Origin: a virus
Strand: one strand, 5' to 3'
IMG/VR virus record: IMGVR_UViG_3300008255_000003
Location: 1 to 64,000 of that record
DNA: 64,000 nt
A model generated the notes under the pieces. It saw nothing but the letters and a program-made list of their open reading frames with translations. It made no database searches and was not told where the DNA came from. The number at the start of each line of letters is the position of its first letter. Within the stretch, counting starts at the first letter, position 1. Both the position numbers and the translations under genes were made by a program. Below are positions 28,628 to 38,219 of this stretch, piece after piece.

Positions 28628-29596
28628 GTGAAGCTTCAATACAACATCAGGCAGAAAGATAGTCTTGAGGGGTTTTCTAGGTCTTTTCAGGATGATGCGG
28701 GGCTCATCAATCTTGATAGCTTCGTCAGTGATCTTATTGCTGACGGCTATGACTTGCACAATGTCTTCGTTGAGGGCATGGGGGTTGAGTCATTCATCAT
28801 CGAAGTCTGTATCTTGGTGCCTAATGAGCTGACTGAGAGCGGTCTGAGGAGTGGTATAAGGCTTTGTAGGGCTGTCGAGGTTGGTACGTTCGATGTTCAC
28901 TTCCAAGTCAACGATGGTGGTGAGATTGAGCACGAGGTCGAAGGTCTTAAGTGGTATAACGAGCACAGCGGCTATGATGGATGTGCCGCTCAGATCACCA
29001 TTAGTGAGAAGGTCTTTCGAGGTCGAGATGCAGCCGCCGCTATCCATAGCCTCATGAAAGATCCTGACATCAGTGTTGAGGACTTCTTGACTAGGCCTAT
29101 CAAGCTCTTAGAAAACGCTGAGATCTTGTGGCTTGATGTTGGCGTGGATAAGGATGACGTCTACTTTAAGTGCATCGAAGGCGGTAAGGTCATGCGCTTC
29201 TATAAGACATCTAACAACTCAAAGTCAGCCAAGGCCTTGGACCCTGAGCCGCCCCCAGTGGCTGGTAAGGTCGCAGCGGTCAAGCCACTGCTCAACTTCA
29301 CCGACTCTTACTTTAGCGATCCTTGGCTTCGCGATCTGTTTGTGGCGCGAGATAAGTACGGCACCGAGCTTTACGGTCAGTCGCTCATGACTGGTGACGG
29401 TCGCGACTCATTTAATGACGCACTCCAAGAGGCCATTGATCTGCCCGTCTATATCTCCAAGGCCAAGCTTGAGCGATCGTTCACCGCCGAACAGAAGCAG
29501 CAGCTTTTAGAGATCTTAGACTTCACGCGCAAGCTGCTACTCTTTGATGAGCAGACTTATGATGATTATGTAGAGAGCTATGGTGGCGATAGCTAG
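28628..29596 (+). CDS. Hypothetical protein with C-terminal MazG-like (NTP pyrophosphatase) domain, tentative
   Basis: KYGTELYG.SL...DGRDS..DALQEAIDL.VY. Confidence 0.5.
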   Translation: MKLQYNIRQKDSLEGFSRSFQDDAGLINLDSFVSDLIADGYDLHNVFVEGMGVESFIIEVCILVPNELTESGLRSGIRLCRAVEVGTFDVHFQVNDGGEIEHEVEGLKWYNEHSGYDGCAAQITISEKVFRGRDAAAAIHSLMKDPDISVEDFLTRPIKLLENAEILWLDVGVDKDDVYFKCIEGGKVMRFYKTSNNSKSAKALDPEPPPVAGKVAAVKPLLNFTDSYFSDPWLRDLFVARDKYGTELYGQSLMTGDGRDSFNDALQEAIDLPVYISKAKLERSFTAEQKQQLLEILDFTRKLLLFDEQTYDDYVESYGGDS

Positions 29597-29617
29597 GACA
29601 TGCAACCGTTGCACGTC

Positions 29618-29653
29618 AAAGAGCCCGCGATGACTTAACATCGCGGGCTCTTT
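29618..29653. terminator. Bidirectional terminator
   Basis: 15-bp arms AAAGAGCCCGCGATG / CATCGCGGGCTCTTT. Confidence 0.8.
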
Positions 29654-29678
29654 ATTTGCCTGGTCGTTACGGTCTGAC

Positions 29679-30326
29679 TTAGTAGTTGGAGGTCACGAGG
29701 TAGTAAGCGTCGTGCTTCTTGGCATCAAGGCTCTTACTCCCACTGAAGATAACCGCCCCCTTGTATTGCCCGGTGGCATTGTCACCAGCGTGCATGTAGA
29801 TCTCTGCGATTCCGTTCTGCTTAGCCCAAGTCATCATGTCACTGAGAAGGCTCTTCGTCAGGGGTGCGCTGAGGCGAGCTTTTGGTTTAAGGCCCTTGGT
29901 TCCAACCTCAACCTTGGTGTTGGAGTCTTCAAACTCAAGCATACCATCAGCGCTTGCCGTGATGGTGATGTTCTTGTCTTTGAGTGCCCTGATCGCGCCT
30001 GACAGGCTCCTGGCGCTTACTTTGCAGATTGGCTTGGTTTCCTTCGCCATCAGGTTAGACAGTAGATAGAGATGCTGGACGTACTTATCACCATCCATAG
30101 CCTCTTCAGACTCAAGCTCGCTAAGGTCTGTATCCGCCTTCACGCTAAAGCCTTTGGATGACCCACCTGATGCAGGTGACAGGTAGATGTAGAAGTCGCC
30201 ATCTTGGTCGATCGGGGCTGACACCATACGATAGCCGTCACTCGACACCATGACGTTGTTGTGAATGAGCCAGCGCGGCTTATCGCTTCGCCTGGCGATC
30301 TTGGCGAACATTTGCAGATTGGTCAT
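29679..30326 (-). CDS. Hypothetical protein (possible sliding-clamp-like fold)
   Basis: AAGGA RBS; SSDGYRM and LS.A...L pattern; paralogue remnant at 31102-31381. Confidence 0.6.
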   Translation of the reverse strand: MTNLQMFAKIARRSDKPRWLIHNNVMVSSDGYRMVSAPIDQDGDFYIYLSPASGGSSKGFSVKADTDLSELESEEAMDGDKYVQHLYLLSNLMAKETKPICKVSARSLSGAIRALKDKNITITASADGMLEFEDSNTKVEVGTKGLKPKARLSAPLTKSLLSDMMTWAKQNGIAEIYMHAGDNATGQYKGAVIFSGSKSLDAKKHDAYYLVTSNY

Positions 30327-30373
30327 ATTGATTCCTTGGTGGTGTGTTTGTTGGAAGGGTGCCTTATATTGAG

Positions 30374-31039
30374 TCACTTAACTGTAATGTAGCACTTTGC
30401 ACGCTCAGTTCGATATGTGACATTACGGCTTTCAATAAGAATCCTATCACCAGCAAAGATGATGCCGCCGCTTGACTCCCATTCTATCGTAGCATCTTTT
30501 GGCCGACCTCCTGTCATGGTGATTGATCTGAGGCCAAGCTCTAGCAGCTTGGGGTCTATGTTCATGAAGGTGCGCTTGACGATGATGGGGTTGCGGCTCC
30601 TGATAAAGTCGGTCTTAATGCCATCGCCGCGAAGCTCGATATTATGTGGCACAAAGTCAACTTGCACCATATTGAGATTGAGCTTTATGGCGGCGCGCAG
30701 CCAGTCGAGTATTGGCTTAACGGCATAGTGGTTAATGTGCATGAAAGACCCGCCATGCGCCATAGGTGCAATATCTTCAGGCCTAAGCAAAGGCCCTCGC
30801 CTAGCCTCAAGGTCAGACAGTGGCCTAGATGGGATCAATCCAATGTCGGTGTCAGACCTAACCTTAATAGGCTTCCAGCCTCCATTACGCAGTCTCTTCT
30901 CGGCGCAGATAAAGTGAGCATCATCGCCCTTGTCGTTAACGACTAGCACAATGCTATCACCAGTGGCGATAAGCTTGTCATCGCAGCGGTAAAGGGCACC
31001 ATTGGCGCCTATCTCTACAAGGCTTTTGATGAAGCTCAC
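30374..31039 (-). CDS. Hypothetical protein (possible sliding-clamp-like fold)
   Basis: GGAGG RBS, GTG 31039; IATGD.I.L...MNIDPKLL..L pattern. Confidence 0.55.
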   Translation of the reverse strand: MSFIKSLVEIGANGALYRCDDKLIATGDSIVLVVNDKGDDAHFICAEKRLRNGGWKPIKVRSDTDIGLIPSRPLSDLEARRGPLLRPEDIAPMAHGGSFMHINHYAVKPILDWLRAAIKLNLNMVQVDFVPHNIELRGDGIKTDFIRSRNPIIVKRTFMNIDPKLLELGLRSITMTGGRPKDATIEWESSGGIIFAGDRILIESRNVTYRTERAKCYITVK

Positions 31040-31056
31040 ATTAACCTCCAAAAAGA

Positions 31057-31082
31057 AAAGCCCACCTGACGAGGTGGGCTTT
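31057..31082 (-). terminator. Intrinsic terminator
   Basis: AAAGCCCACCT / AGGTGGGCTTT with A-run on the + strand. Confidence 0.65.
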
Positions 31083-31101
31083 GTGATGCCGTTAGAACGA
31101 C

Positions 31102-31381
31102 TCAAGCTTCGACGGGTAGTATAAAATATGCGCTGTGCTGGGCAATGTCTAGGATCTTACTTCCACAGAAGATCACGCGTTCCCTATATGGTCCAGGCGC
31201 AGGGGCTTTGTCCGTGTTCATGTAGAAGCTGGTCAGGTTGCTCTGCTTGGCCCAAGCCAACATATCCTTAAGATGGGCTTTATTCATAACCACACTGAGC
31301 CCAGTCTTTGGCTTAAACTCACCAGCCCCAGCACCCTTCCCCATTCCAGGCCACCTTGGCGAACGGTCTTAGATCGATCAT
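31102..31381 (-). pseudogene. Internally deleted, frameshifted paralogue of 29679-30326
   Basis: ATG 31381 (ATGA-coupled) gives MIDLRPFAKVA (cf. MTNLQMFAKIA) then stops. Another frame gives FKPKTGLSVVMNKAHLKDMLAWAKQ...VIFCGSK (cf. LKPKARLSAPLTKSLLSDMMTWAKQ...VIFSGSK). Confidence 0.65.
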
Positions 31382-31584
31382 ATCTCTACACCTATGAGTT
31401 TTGCCCATTCATTAAGGGCGTCAGTTGTTCTCTTAAGCTTGCCGTCTGGCGCGAGCCCGACGCAGCACACTTGACCCCAAAAACCAGCACCATTAGGCGC
31501 GGCTGACTCTAGGATCGACAAGCAACGCTCGCGGGCGCGCTGCTTGTCCTTGTCTTGCAAAGCCTTCCTTAGCTTGTCTTGCAT
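31378..31584 (-). CDS. Small hypothetical protein
   Basis: GGAG RBS. Confidence 0.55.
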   Translation of the reverse strand: MQDKLRKALQDKDKQRARERCLSILESAAPNGAGFWGQVCCVGLAPDGKLKRTTDALNEWAKLIGVEI

Positions 31585-31675
31585 ATCAACTCCAGGGGGC
31601 GCCCAACATGGGCTTGAGATCTATCTTTGCCAGCGAGCAAAGCTCATGTCAATGATTATTTTTAGTTAATTACTA

Positions 31676-31704
31676 TTGACATCAAATATGGGCTTAGCTA
31701 GTCT
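31676..31704 (+). promoter_or_regulatory. Sigma70-like promoter
   Basis: TTGACA-N17-TAGTCT in an AT-rich divergent gap. Confidence 0.65.
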
Positions 31705-31716
31705 CTTGGAGATGTT

Positions 31717-32190
31717 ATGAGAAGCATTAGAGGTAGGGCTAGAACGCTAGCGCATGATGCGCAGTTCTGGCTGACGGGCAAGAAGAGCGCAGAGGGCGCA
31801 GCTATGGCAGCCTACGCCATATCTGACGCCGACAACGCAGATCCAAAATGCGACGCTAAGATATTGGCGTCGCTGGTCACACTGCGCGCCGAGCTTGGCA
31901 AGCGCAGGAACAGTGATGCTTGCGACGCGCTATGCGCTCGCGCTTCGCGATTAATCGCCCAGTACATGGGCGCGTCTGGCATTGATAGCGCGGTCCATAT
32001 CAGGGCCTACGATCTAAAAGTCGGGATGTGTCTTGATGTGGGCGGCTCCGGCTATCCTTACTGGATAGCAGGCATAGAGAAGGGCCGTCAGAACGGCATT
32101 GACGTCCTATTCTTAACATTTACTGATCACTCTGGCGTTACATTGCAAGCCCACTGGTTTGCAACGCGTCATGAGTGTTACGAGCTATAA
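31717..32190 (+). CDS. Hypothetical protein
   Basis: GGAG RBS. Confidence 0.6.
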   Translation: MRSIRGRARTLAHDAQFWLTGKKSAEGAAMAAYAISDADNADPKCDAKILASLVTLRAELGKRRNSDACDALCARASRLIAQYMGASGIDSAVHIRAYDLKVGMCLDVGGSGYPYWIAGIEKGRQNGIDVLFLTFTDHSGVTLQAHWFATRHECYEL

Positions 32191-32238
32191 TAACGCAGCA
32201 GACATGCAACGGTTGCATGTCTGCGCTTGGAGGTTGTG

Positions 32239-33096
32239 ATGCGTGAGTATATAGAGCGAGTAATTTTCACGACGGCAGTTGAGGCGTATGACTATCCTGG
32301 CGTTGTGGTTGAGGAGCTTGAAGCGTTTGAGTGCGGCGGGCGCACTTGGCGCAAGGTCAAGATGGTCAATGAGCCCTATCGCATTGAGAATCAAATAATG
32401 CGTTACGCTAGTGGTCTTTGCGGGGCTTGGGATGAAGATCCGCGAGTAGCAGAAGAGAGGCATCGCGTAGTAGAGGAGAAGTGGCGCGCGCTTGTCGCTG
32501 AGCAGAAGGCTCAGATTGACGCCATAGATGTCGCTGATGACCTTGAACGCTATTTTAGGCGGAATGAACACTGTCTTGACTATAAGGCCAAGGCACATGC
32601 TCGCGAGCGCATTGATGCTCTCGCAAAGCGAGATGCGAAGGCTGAGGCTGAGGCCAAAGCAAAAGAGATCGCGGAAGCAACGCCCAAGCTTCCCAACATC
32701 ATATTCATCCCGATCTACCACAACATGCGGTTTTGTCGCTTTGAGATGTCTGTGGTTAAAGGCTTTGACTGGCAGAACAATGTCAAGGTGGATGGGGTGA
32801 GTTTGTCTGCGGCTAGCGTCATCGCTGGCGAGTACGTCAGGGCGATCCCCTGGTGGGGCGATATGCCGCCGCAGCGTCTCTTTAGGGATCATGCTCATGA
32901 CTTTCAATCATGGGAGCGTGTGACGTTTGAAGGCGAGGCGTACTACCGCGTAGGAAAGATGTTTACATACCCGCGCGAGTACATCGTTTATGACGCTGAC
33001 GGCAAAAAGGTCAGGCGATCAATGCGCCGACTAGATCTCTTTAGTCAGACAGCCCTTGAGTGGACCAAGATCTTTGACATCCCATCGCATCCTTAA
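32239..33096 (+). CDS. Hypothetical protein with central coiled coil
   Basis: GGAGG RBS after dyad. Confidence 0.7.
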   Translation: MREYIERVIFTTAVEAYDYPGVVVEELEAFECGGRTWRKVKMVNEPYRIENQIMRYASGLCGAWDEDPRVAEERHRVVEEKWRALVAEQKAQIDAIDVADDLERYFRRNEHCLDYKAKAHARERIDALAKRDAKAEAEAKAKEIAEATPKLPNIIFIPIYHNMRFCRFEMSVVKGFDWQNNVKVDGVSLSAASVIAGEYVRAIPWWGDMPPQRLFRDHAHDFQSWERVTFEGEAYYRVGKMFTYPREYIVYDADGKKVRRSMRRLDLFSQTALEWTKIFDIPSHP

Positions 33097-33142
33097 ACCC
33101 CTATAGCAAGGCCTGCAACCGTTGCAGGTCTTGGAGGTGTAT

Positions 33143-33541
33143 ATGACCAAGCCCAGGCACCTTAAGAAGCCGTGCGCCCAGTGCCCCTTCCGGGGGAATT
33201 GGCTGACGAAGGGATCAGCCATTGAGATCGTGACAGCCCTTCGCAATGACAAGCCGTTCTCGTGTCATAAGACGGTCAACTATGACCGCGAGCGCGACGG
33301 CATGACTGAGGCCTTCTGCGCAGGAGCCTTGGCTTCAATGCGAAAGTCTGGCGAGCTGTTTAATAACTTCGCCGTCCGCGTTCACGCGATGACCATGCGG
33401 GTCGATGGTTGGCCAGCTAACGTTGATGGTGAAGGCATCCCATCGCTCGATGAATGGATTGACCTCCATGATGACAATGGGCGGAGTCGATTCCCATCTG
33501 GTGAGGGGGTCGAGTTTGATGAGGAGTGTGATGATGAGTGA
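33143..33541 (+). CDS. Cys-rich protein (PCxxCP...F.CH...CAG)
   Basis: GGAGGTG RBS; metal-binding-like motif. Confidence 0.65.
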   Translation: MTKPRHLKKPCAQCPFRGNWLTKGSAIEIVTALRNDKPFSCHKTVNYDRERDGMTEAFCAGALASMRKSGELFNNFAVRVHAMTMRVDGWPANVDGEGIPSLDEWIDLHDDNGRSRFPSGEGVEFDEECDDE

Positions 33542-34349
33542 GTTTGAGATCTTCGCGCGCAAGTGGCAGCCTAATGAGGTGGTGTTGCCATGCCCGAGCG
33601 CACCAGCACTTAATGACATTCAGGCGGGGTGGCTCTGGCTGCTAGCGCTTGATATTGATCGAGTGCTTTGGGGTCGATGGGCATGGTGGCTTGAGCGTCT
33701 TGAGAAGCGCGACTTTGACACCATCAAGTCTTCTGACATCCCCAAGATCACATTCAACCTCTACCGAGGCCATGAGCCCCACCACAAGGCGCTCAAGATG
33801 CTCAACCTATGTGTTGATACCATTAAGCGCCGCGAAGGGCGCTACAGCGGCAATGGCGCGCTCATGGCGCTAATTGATTGGCTGTCTTGGTCTTTGGGTT
33901 TGCAGGATGAAGCTCCAGGCATAAAGGTTGAGACTCACCAAGAGCTTTATCAGACCTTCTGCCTTGATCTTATCATGGGCGCGCCTTGTGACTATTGGGG
34001 GATCTTACTCTCAGACCTCCAGCACGGCAAAGGCACCACATCGTTTTATCCGACGCCCTCCGAGGTTGTCACGTTATTGACTGACATCATATCTGAGCAG
34101 GATGGGCCTGCCATGAGGAGCGCTTACGATCCATGTCTGGGCACGGGCAGGGCTTTGCTTGAGGCGTCTAATCACTACCTGCTATTGAGCGGCCAAGATA
34201 TAGACAGCTCGGTGCTCAAGTGTGCAAAGCTCAACTTTGCGCTCTATGTCCCTTGGGCGATCGTTCCACCACCGACTGATGAAAAGGTTGTGACCGTTGA
34301 TTCATGTGCCGCAGATCTTGAGCTATTGGAGGGCCTGTTAGATGTCTGA
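33534..34349 (+). CDS. N6-methyltransferase-like protein with the SAM-binding half only
   Basis: FYPTP..VV, YDPCLGTGRALL, GQDID; no NPPF/DPPY motif before the stop. Confidence 0.7.
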   Translation: MSEFEIFARKWQPNEVVLPCPSAPALNDIQAGWLWLLALDIDRVLWGRWAWWLERLEKRDFDTIKSSDIPKITFNLYRGHEPHHKALKMLNLCVDTIKRREGRYSGNGALMALIDWLSWSLGLQDEAPGIKVETHQELYQTFCLDLIMGAPCDYWGILLSDLQHGKGTTSFYPTPSEVVTLLTDIISEQDGPAMRSAYDPCLGTGRALLEASNHYLLLSGQDIDSSVLKCAKLNFALYVPWAIVPPPTDEKVVTVDSCAADLELLEGLLDV

Positions 34350-34977
34350 GGTTGCAGTTGCGATGTCCAATGACAAGCTAAGGGCTAAGCTCTTAGATAA
34401 GGTTAACGACCACATCGAGATCTTAAAAGAGCGCGTGGATCTCGTTAAGACTGAGGAGAGCTTGATTGATTTGCTAGTGGCCGAGCTGACCAAGGCAGAG
34501 TATGAGCAGTGGGACTCAAGTGGTGAGCTGCCCTTGTTGATCTGTCTGTATATTGACGATAGCGATGTGGCTTATATTGAAAAGTCTCTAGTTAAAGCCA
34601 TAGACTTTGAGGAGAGGCGCAACGTCAGCTTAACCTTAATGATGGTCATCTCCTTTATAGCGGTGTGGCAAACAGATATGGTTCTGTCACTCTTGCTTGG
34701 TCCGTTCATCTTCGCGGCGTACTTCTTACCATTCCTCTATCAGGGCTATGGTGAGATTGACCGTAAGAGCCTAATCTCACTCCCAAACTTCGACAAGGCT
34801 GCGCAGTATTACTATGGTGCGAGGCAGGGCTTTAAGGATGAGCTTGATAGGGCTGAGGCGGATCGTAATGCCAATAAGATTGGGGCTGTAACCATATCCT
34901 CAGCAGGTGACGGAGGTGGTCAGTTAACGCAGGTGCAATCAGGTCAGCTTGAGGTCTTGAGTGACATAAAGTCTTAA
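34342..34977 (+). CDS. Membrane protein (two adjacent TM segments)
   Basis: Hydrophobic residues ~95-130. Confidence 0.6.
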   Translation: MSEVAVAMSNDKLRAKLLDKVNDHIEILKERVDLVKTEESLIDLLVAELTKAEYEQWDSSGELPLLICLYIDDSDVAYIEKSLVKAIDFEERRNVSLTLMMVISFIAVWQTDMVLSLLLGPFIFAAYFLPFLYQGYGEIDRKSLISLPNFDKAAQYYYGARQGFKDELDRAEADRNANKIGAVTISSAGDGGGQLTQVQSGQLEVLSDIKS

Positions 34978-35000
34978 GCTAACTTATTAGCAAGGATGTA

Positions 35001-35040
35001 AAAAAGAGGCCCCATGCAACCGTTGCATGGGGCTTTTCTT
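35001..35040. terminator. Terminator-like hairpin built on a dyad copy
   Basis: AAAAAGAGGCCCCATGCAAC-C-GTTGCATGGGGCTTTTCTT between convergent genes. Confidence 0.6.
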
Positions 35041-35041
35041 A

Positions 35042-35278
35042 TTAGCGATTTTTCTTACGAGCTTTCTTAGCTCTTACACCAGCGCGCCGCTTCGCTTTCT
35101 GGTTGAGGCTCATGCTGGAGCTGTACTTTCTCCGGCGCGACTTCCCGGTGCGTTTGGCGCCTCCACCACCCATGTCAGGCATCGGGAAGCCCCTTGATTC
35201 GGCATCCACAAGAAGGGGCAACATCATAGCTGACACTGCCATCATTCTCTGGTGGTGCTTGTCGTCGTTACGCTTCAT
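35042..35278 (-). CDS. Small basic hypothetical protein
   Basis: GGAG RBS; K/R-rich C-terminus. Confidence 0.55.
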   Translation of the reverse strand: MKRNDDKHHQRMMAVSAMMLPLLVDAESRGFPMPDMGGGGAKRTGKSRRRKYSSSMSLNQKAKRRAGVRAKKARKKNR

Positions 35279-35534
35279 CGTTCTCCTCCAGTGACGCGCT
35301 TACGGCGTATGCGTGCTCTATTGATAAATCGAGATCAAGGTAGGCGATGCTTGAGTAAGCTACGCGCTTACACCATCTCCAAACCTTGGCCTCGTCCTCT
35401 CCACTATCCAACTTGGCCTTAGCCATGACGATAACACTTGAGACGTCCTCTAGGGGAAGCTCAACGGTGCAATATTCATCACGCTCAATCCAAGTCAGAC
35501 GGTGGCGCTCATGCTCATATTTGAAGCTGATCAT
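35268..35534 (-). CDS. Hypothetical protein
   Basis: Coupled overlaps. Confidence 0.55.
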   Translation of the reverse strand: MISFKYEHERHRLTWIERDEYCTVELPLEDVSSVIVMAKAKLDSGEDEAKVWRWCKRVAYSSIAYLDLDLSIEHAYAVSASLEENDEA

Positions 35535-36013
35535 TTGCGATAGTTCTTTACGCCTTCGCTAGCCTCAAGGGCCTCGTGCGCCGCGATGGCTGTGGCGATG
35601 ATCTTTATGAGTTGCGCTTTGGGGTCTGGGCTCTCACCTAGTCGGCTAGAGTATTGAGTAAGGATCTCAGACCATTCACTTGAGGTGTGTGCCATGTCAT
35701 GCCTCAAGCCACCCCAGATCGTCTTCTGCTTAAGGCGTTCAGCCTCAACAGCCTCTAGCATGGCCTTTTGCTTGGAGTCTGCCTTGGGGTCCGAGAGTTC
35801 ACCGTGATGGTCTGCGGCGACCCTGTTGTGGCAATATTCAGTGTCACGACATCGCCATGACATGATGTGCTCCGTGGCATCTTCATTGTCGTACTTGATG
35901 ATGATCTCATGCCTGGCAGCAGTATCATCTTCAATGATGCGACTGCAAAGCTCGCAAAACTCAGAGTATTCTGGAGAGACATGGTGAAGGATCTCGCGTT
36001 TAGTGTAGCTCAT
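35531..36013 (-). CDS. Protein with degenerate MazG-like C-terminal domain
   Basis: ER.KQ...WG......W..IL.......LIKIIA.A.A pattern; acidic EExGE motif absent. Confidence 0.5.
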   Translation of the reverse strand: MSYTKREILHHVSPEYSEFCELCSRIIEDDTAARHEIIIKYDNEDATEHIMSWRCRDTEYCHNRVAADHHGELSDPKADSKQKAMLEAVEAERLKQKTIWGGLRHDMAHTSSEWSEILTQYSSRLGESPDPKAQLIKIIATAIAAHEALEASEGVKNYRK

Positions 36014-37746
36014 TCAAAGTTACCCGTAAGGTTGGATGGGATAAACTGCTCAAGAGCCTTCAAGCGTGATGGGTGCTTGAGTTTCTTGAGGGCCTTTGCT
36101 TCGATCTGCCGGATACGCTCCCGAGTAACGCTGAAGTCGTTTCCGACTTCTTCGAGAGTGTGATCGGTAGTATCACCTATGCCATAGCGAAGGCGCAACA
36201 CCCGTTCTTCACGAGCAGGAAGTGTGGATAAGATCTGCCTTGTAGCTTCGCTCAAGGTCTTACCTTCTATCGCTTCATGCTGGCCCTCATTGAGTACGTC
36301 CTCAATGGTGTCCTCAAGCGTGAAGTTGCCATCTCCTATTGTCTGGTTGAGGCTGACGGGTTCATAGGCAAGCTGGAGCATCTGACGCACCTTATCAACA
36401 TGGATTCCCATCTCGTCAGCGATCTCTTGCGGCTTAGGTGTTTCGCCTGACTTCTGAGCCATCGCCTTTTCAATGCGTTTGAGCTTATGGATGGTGTCGA
36501 TCATGTGGACAGGGATACGGATTGTTCGAGCCTGGTCTGCGATGGCCCTTGAAATGGCCTGCCTGATCCACCATGTGGCGTAGGTTGAAAACTTATAGCC
36601 GCGCTGATGCTCAAACTTATCAACTGCGCGCATAAGTCCGATGTTGCCCTCTTGGATCAGGTCCAGCAGTGGTATACCTCGGTGGTCATGCTTCTTGGCT
36701 ATGGATACGACCAGGCGAAGGTTTGATTGCACCATGACAGACTTGGCCCTCATCGCCAGATCTTCGCCTACTGATATGGCGGAGAATGCGATCTCAAGCA
36801 GGCTCATGGGTAACCCAAGCTCTCGCTCTATCGTATTCATCCTCTTAGTTGCCTGGATAAGATCGCCAAGGACAATGTGATGATTATGCTCGTTAACCTT
36901 GGTGCCATCGCAAGCCATTAAGGCGGCTTTCTTCATGCCCTTATTGAACATGGAGTTGATGAATTTGACCCTCTCCAAACTCACCATGAAGATGCCTTCC
37001 ATAGAACGGAGTTCAGCTTCAGCGAGTTTGGCCTCATTGTATTTTGACTTGAGGCCATTCGATATAAGGTCAACGTACTTCTTGGTGAAGTAAAACGAGC
37101 TAATGCCGTTGGTGATAACTTCGACCTCATCTGAGTTTAAGACTGGCGCGCCTATCCTTGAGGTGCTGCTTGTCCTTACTCGTTCAACGTCTTTAAGAAA
37201 CTCATTAAAGCGTTCGATGTTATCAAGCTCGAAAGCCTCCACCGCCTCGGGATCATTGAAGTCGATCTTCTCACCTGGCGCTGCTTGTAGCAGGTCGGAC
37301 GACTTAATCTTTCGCTTACTTAGAAGCGCTCCAATGAGTTGAAGCTCTTTAAGCCCATACTGTGTGCATAGGGTGGTGTTAAGGATGATGCTTTCACCGC
37401 TTGAGATTTGCTCGGAAGCTTCGATCTCTTCTGCCCTTGTGAGGAGCGGCACCCTGCCGATCATCCTTAGATAAGTCCTCACACTGTCACTGCCGGACAA
37501 GCTTCCATCATCAAGCTGACTGCGGCGTTCTGATGACATGATCTTTCGAGGTGTAGCTGCGGCCTGATCACCGATCACTACACCCATGCTGCTTAGGATG
37601 GTTTTAAACAGTATAATGGCTTGAGCGTGTGGATAGTCTGTAATGATGTTGTCCACATCGTGATGACTGATGAAGCCATCACGATAGCCCTTGTAGAATG
37701 TATGCTTAAGCCTTCCAAGCTTGAACCTATCCGTTGCGCCGCCCAT
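36010..37746 (-). CDS. rpoD: RNA polymerase sigma-70 factor, RpoD-like (group 1)
   Basis: Region 1.2 [17 protein letters not shown]; region 2 [11 protein letters not shown]...[35 protein letters not shown]; region 4 [22 protein letters not shown]; non-conserved region and region 1.1-like N-terminus present. Confidence 0.97.
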   Translation of the reverse strand: MGGATDRFKLGRLKHTFYKGYRDGFISHHDVDNIITDYPHAQAIILFKTILSSMGVVIGDQAAATPRKIMSSERRSQLDDGSLSGSDSVRTYLRMIGRVPLLTRAEEIEASEQISSGESIILNTTLCTQYGLKELQLIGALLSKRKIKSSDLLQAAPGEKIDFNDPEAVEAFELDNIERFNEFLKDVERVRTSSTSRIGAPVLNSDEVEVITNGISSFYFTKKYVDLISNGLKSKYNEAKLAEAELRSMEGIFMVSLERVKFINSMFNKGMKKAALMACDGTKVNEHNHHIVLGDLIQATKRMNTIERELGLPMSLLEIAFSAISVGEDLAMRAKSVMVQSNLRLVVSIAKKHDHRGIPLLDLIQEGNIGLMRAVDKFEHQRGYKFSTYATWWIRQAISRAIADQARTIRIPVHMIDTIHKLKRIEKAMAQKSGETPKPQEIADEMGIHVDKVRQMLQLAYEPVSLNQTIGDGNFTLEDTIEDVLNEGQHEAIEGKTLSEATRQILSTLPAREERVLRLRYGIGDTTDHTLEEVGNDFSVTRERIRQIEAKALKKLKHPSRLKALEQFIPSNLTGNFE

Positions 37747-37771
37747 GTTTTATGCCTTCAGTGTTTTGGTG

Positions 37772-38065
37772 TCATCCTGTATTGACGTTCTTGATTACCT
37801 CAAGCGTCACTGTCAGTGATTCTGCACCATTTGCACTGCCTGCGTCGAAGTCAATTTCAAGCATCACTAATACGCGGCTAAAGACTTTGGGAATCCCATC
37901 ACCAGATCGAACCTCTACGGTATAAACAGGCCACACTGAGTTAAACCTCTTGGTGCTATCGGGATGATTGACGATAAAGAAGCTATAGGCTGCAAAGGCA
38001 TCCTCTGGGGTGTCGTGTGGTTCGGTGGTGTGTGCGGAATAGTCTGTTGATATGTACTTACACAT
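37772..38065 (-). CDS. Hypothetical protein
   Basis: Start moved to ATG 38065 (ORF-track start is inside a dyad). Confidence 0.5.
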   Translation of the reverse strand: MCKYISTDYSAHTTEPHDTPEDAFAAYSFFIVNHPDSTKRFNSVWPVYTVEVRSGDGIPKVFSRVLVMLEIDFDAGSANGAESLTVTLEVIKNVNTG

Positions 38066-38153
38066 TTCATGCCCCCTGGGAATGTGCGCTAAGTCAATTA
38101 TTAACCTGATGCCTGTTACTTCATAGTCCTTATGCGCGTGCAACGGTTGCACG

Positions 38154-38181
38154 TTGACCTATGACTTCTTTGAGGCAAAAT
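38154..38181 (+). promoter_or_regulatory. Possible sigma70-like promoter abutting a dyad
   Basis: TTGACC-N16-CAAAAT directly after dyad 38137-38153. Confidence 0.35.
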
Positions 38182-38219
38182 AGCCAAGTGCATTAAGTCA
38201 ATACACTGAGGGTATAATC

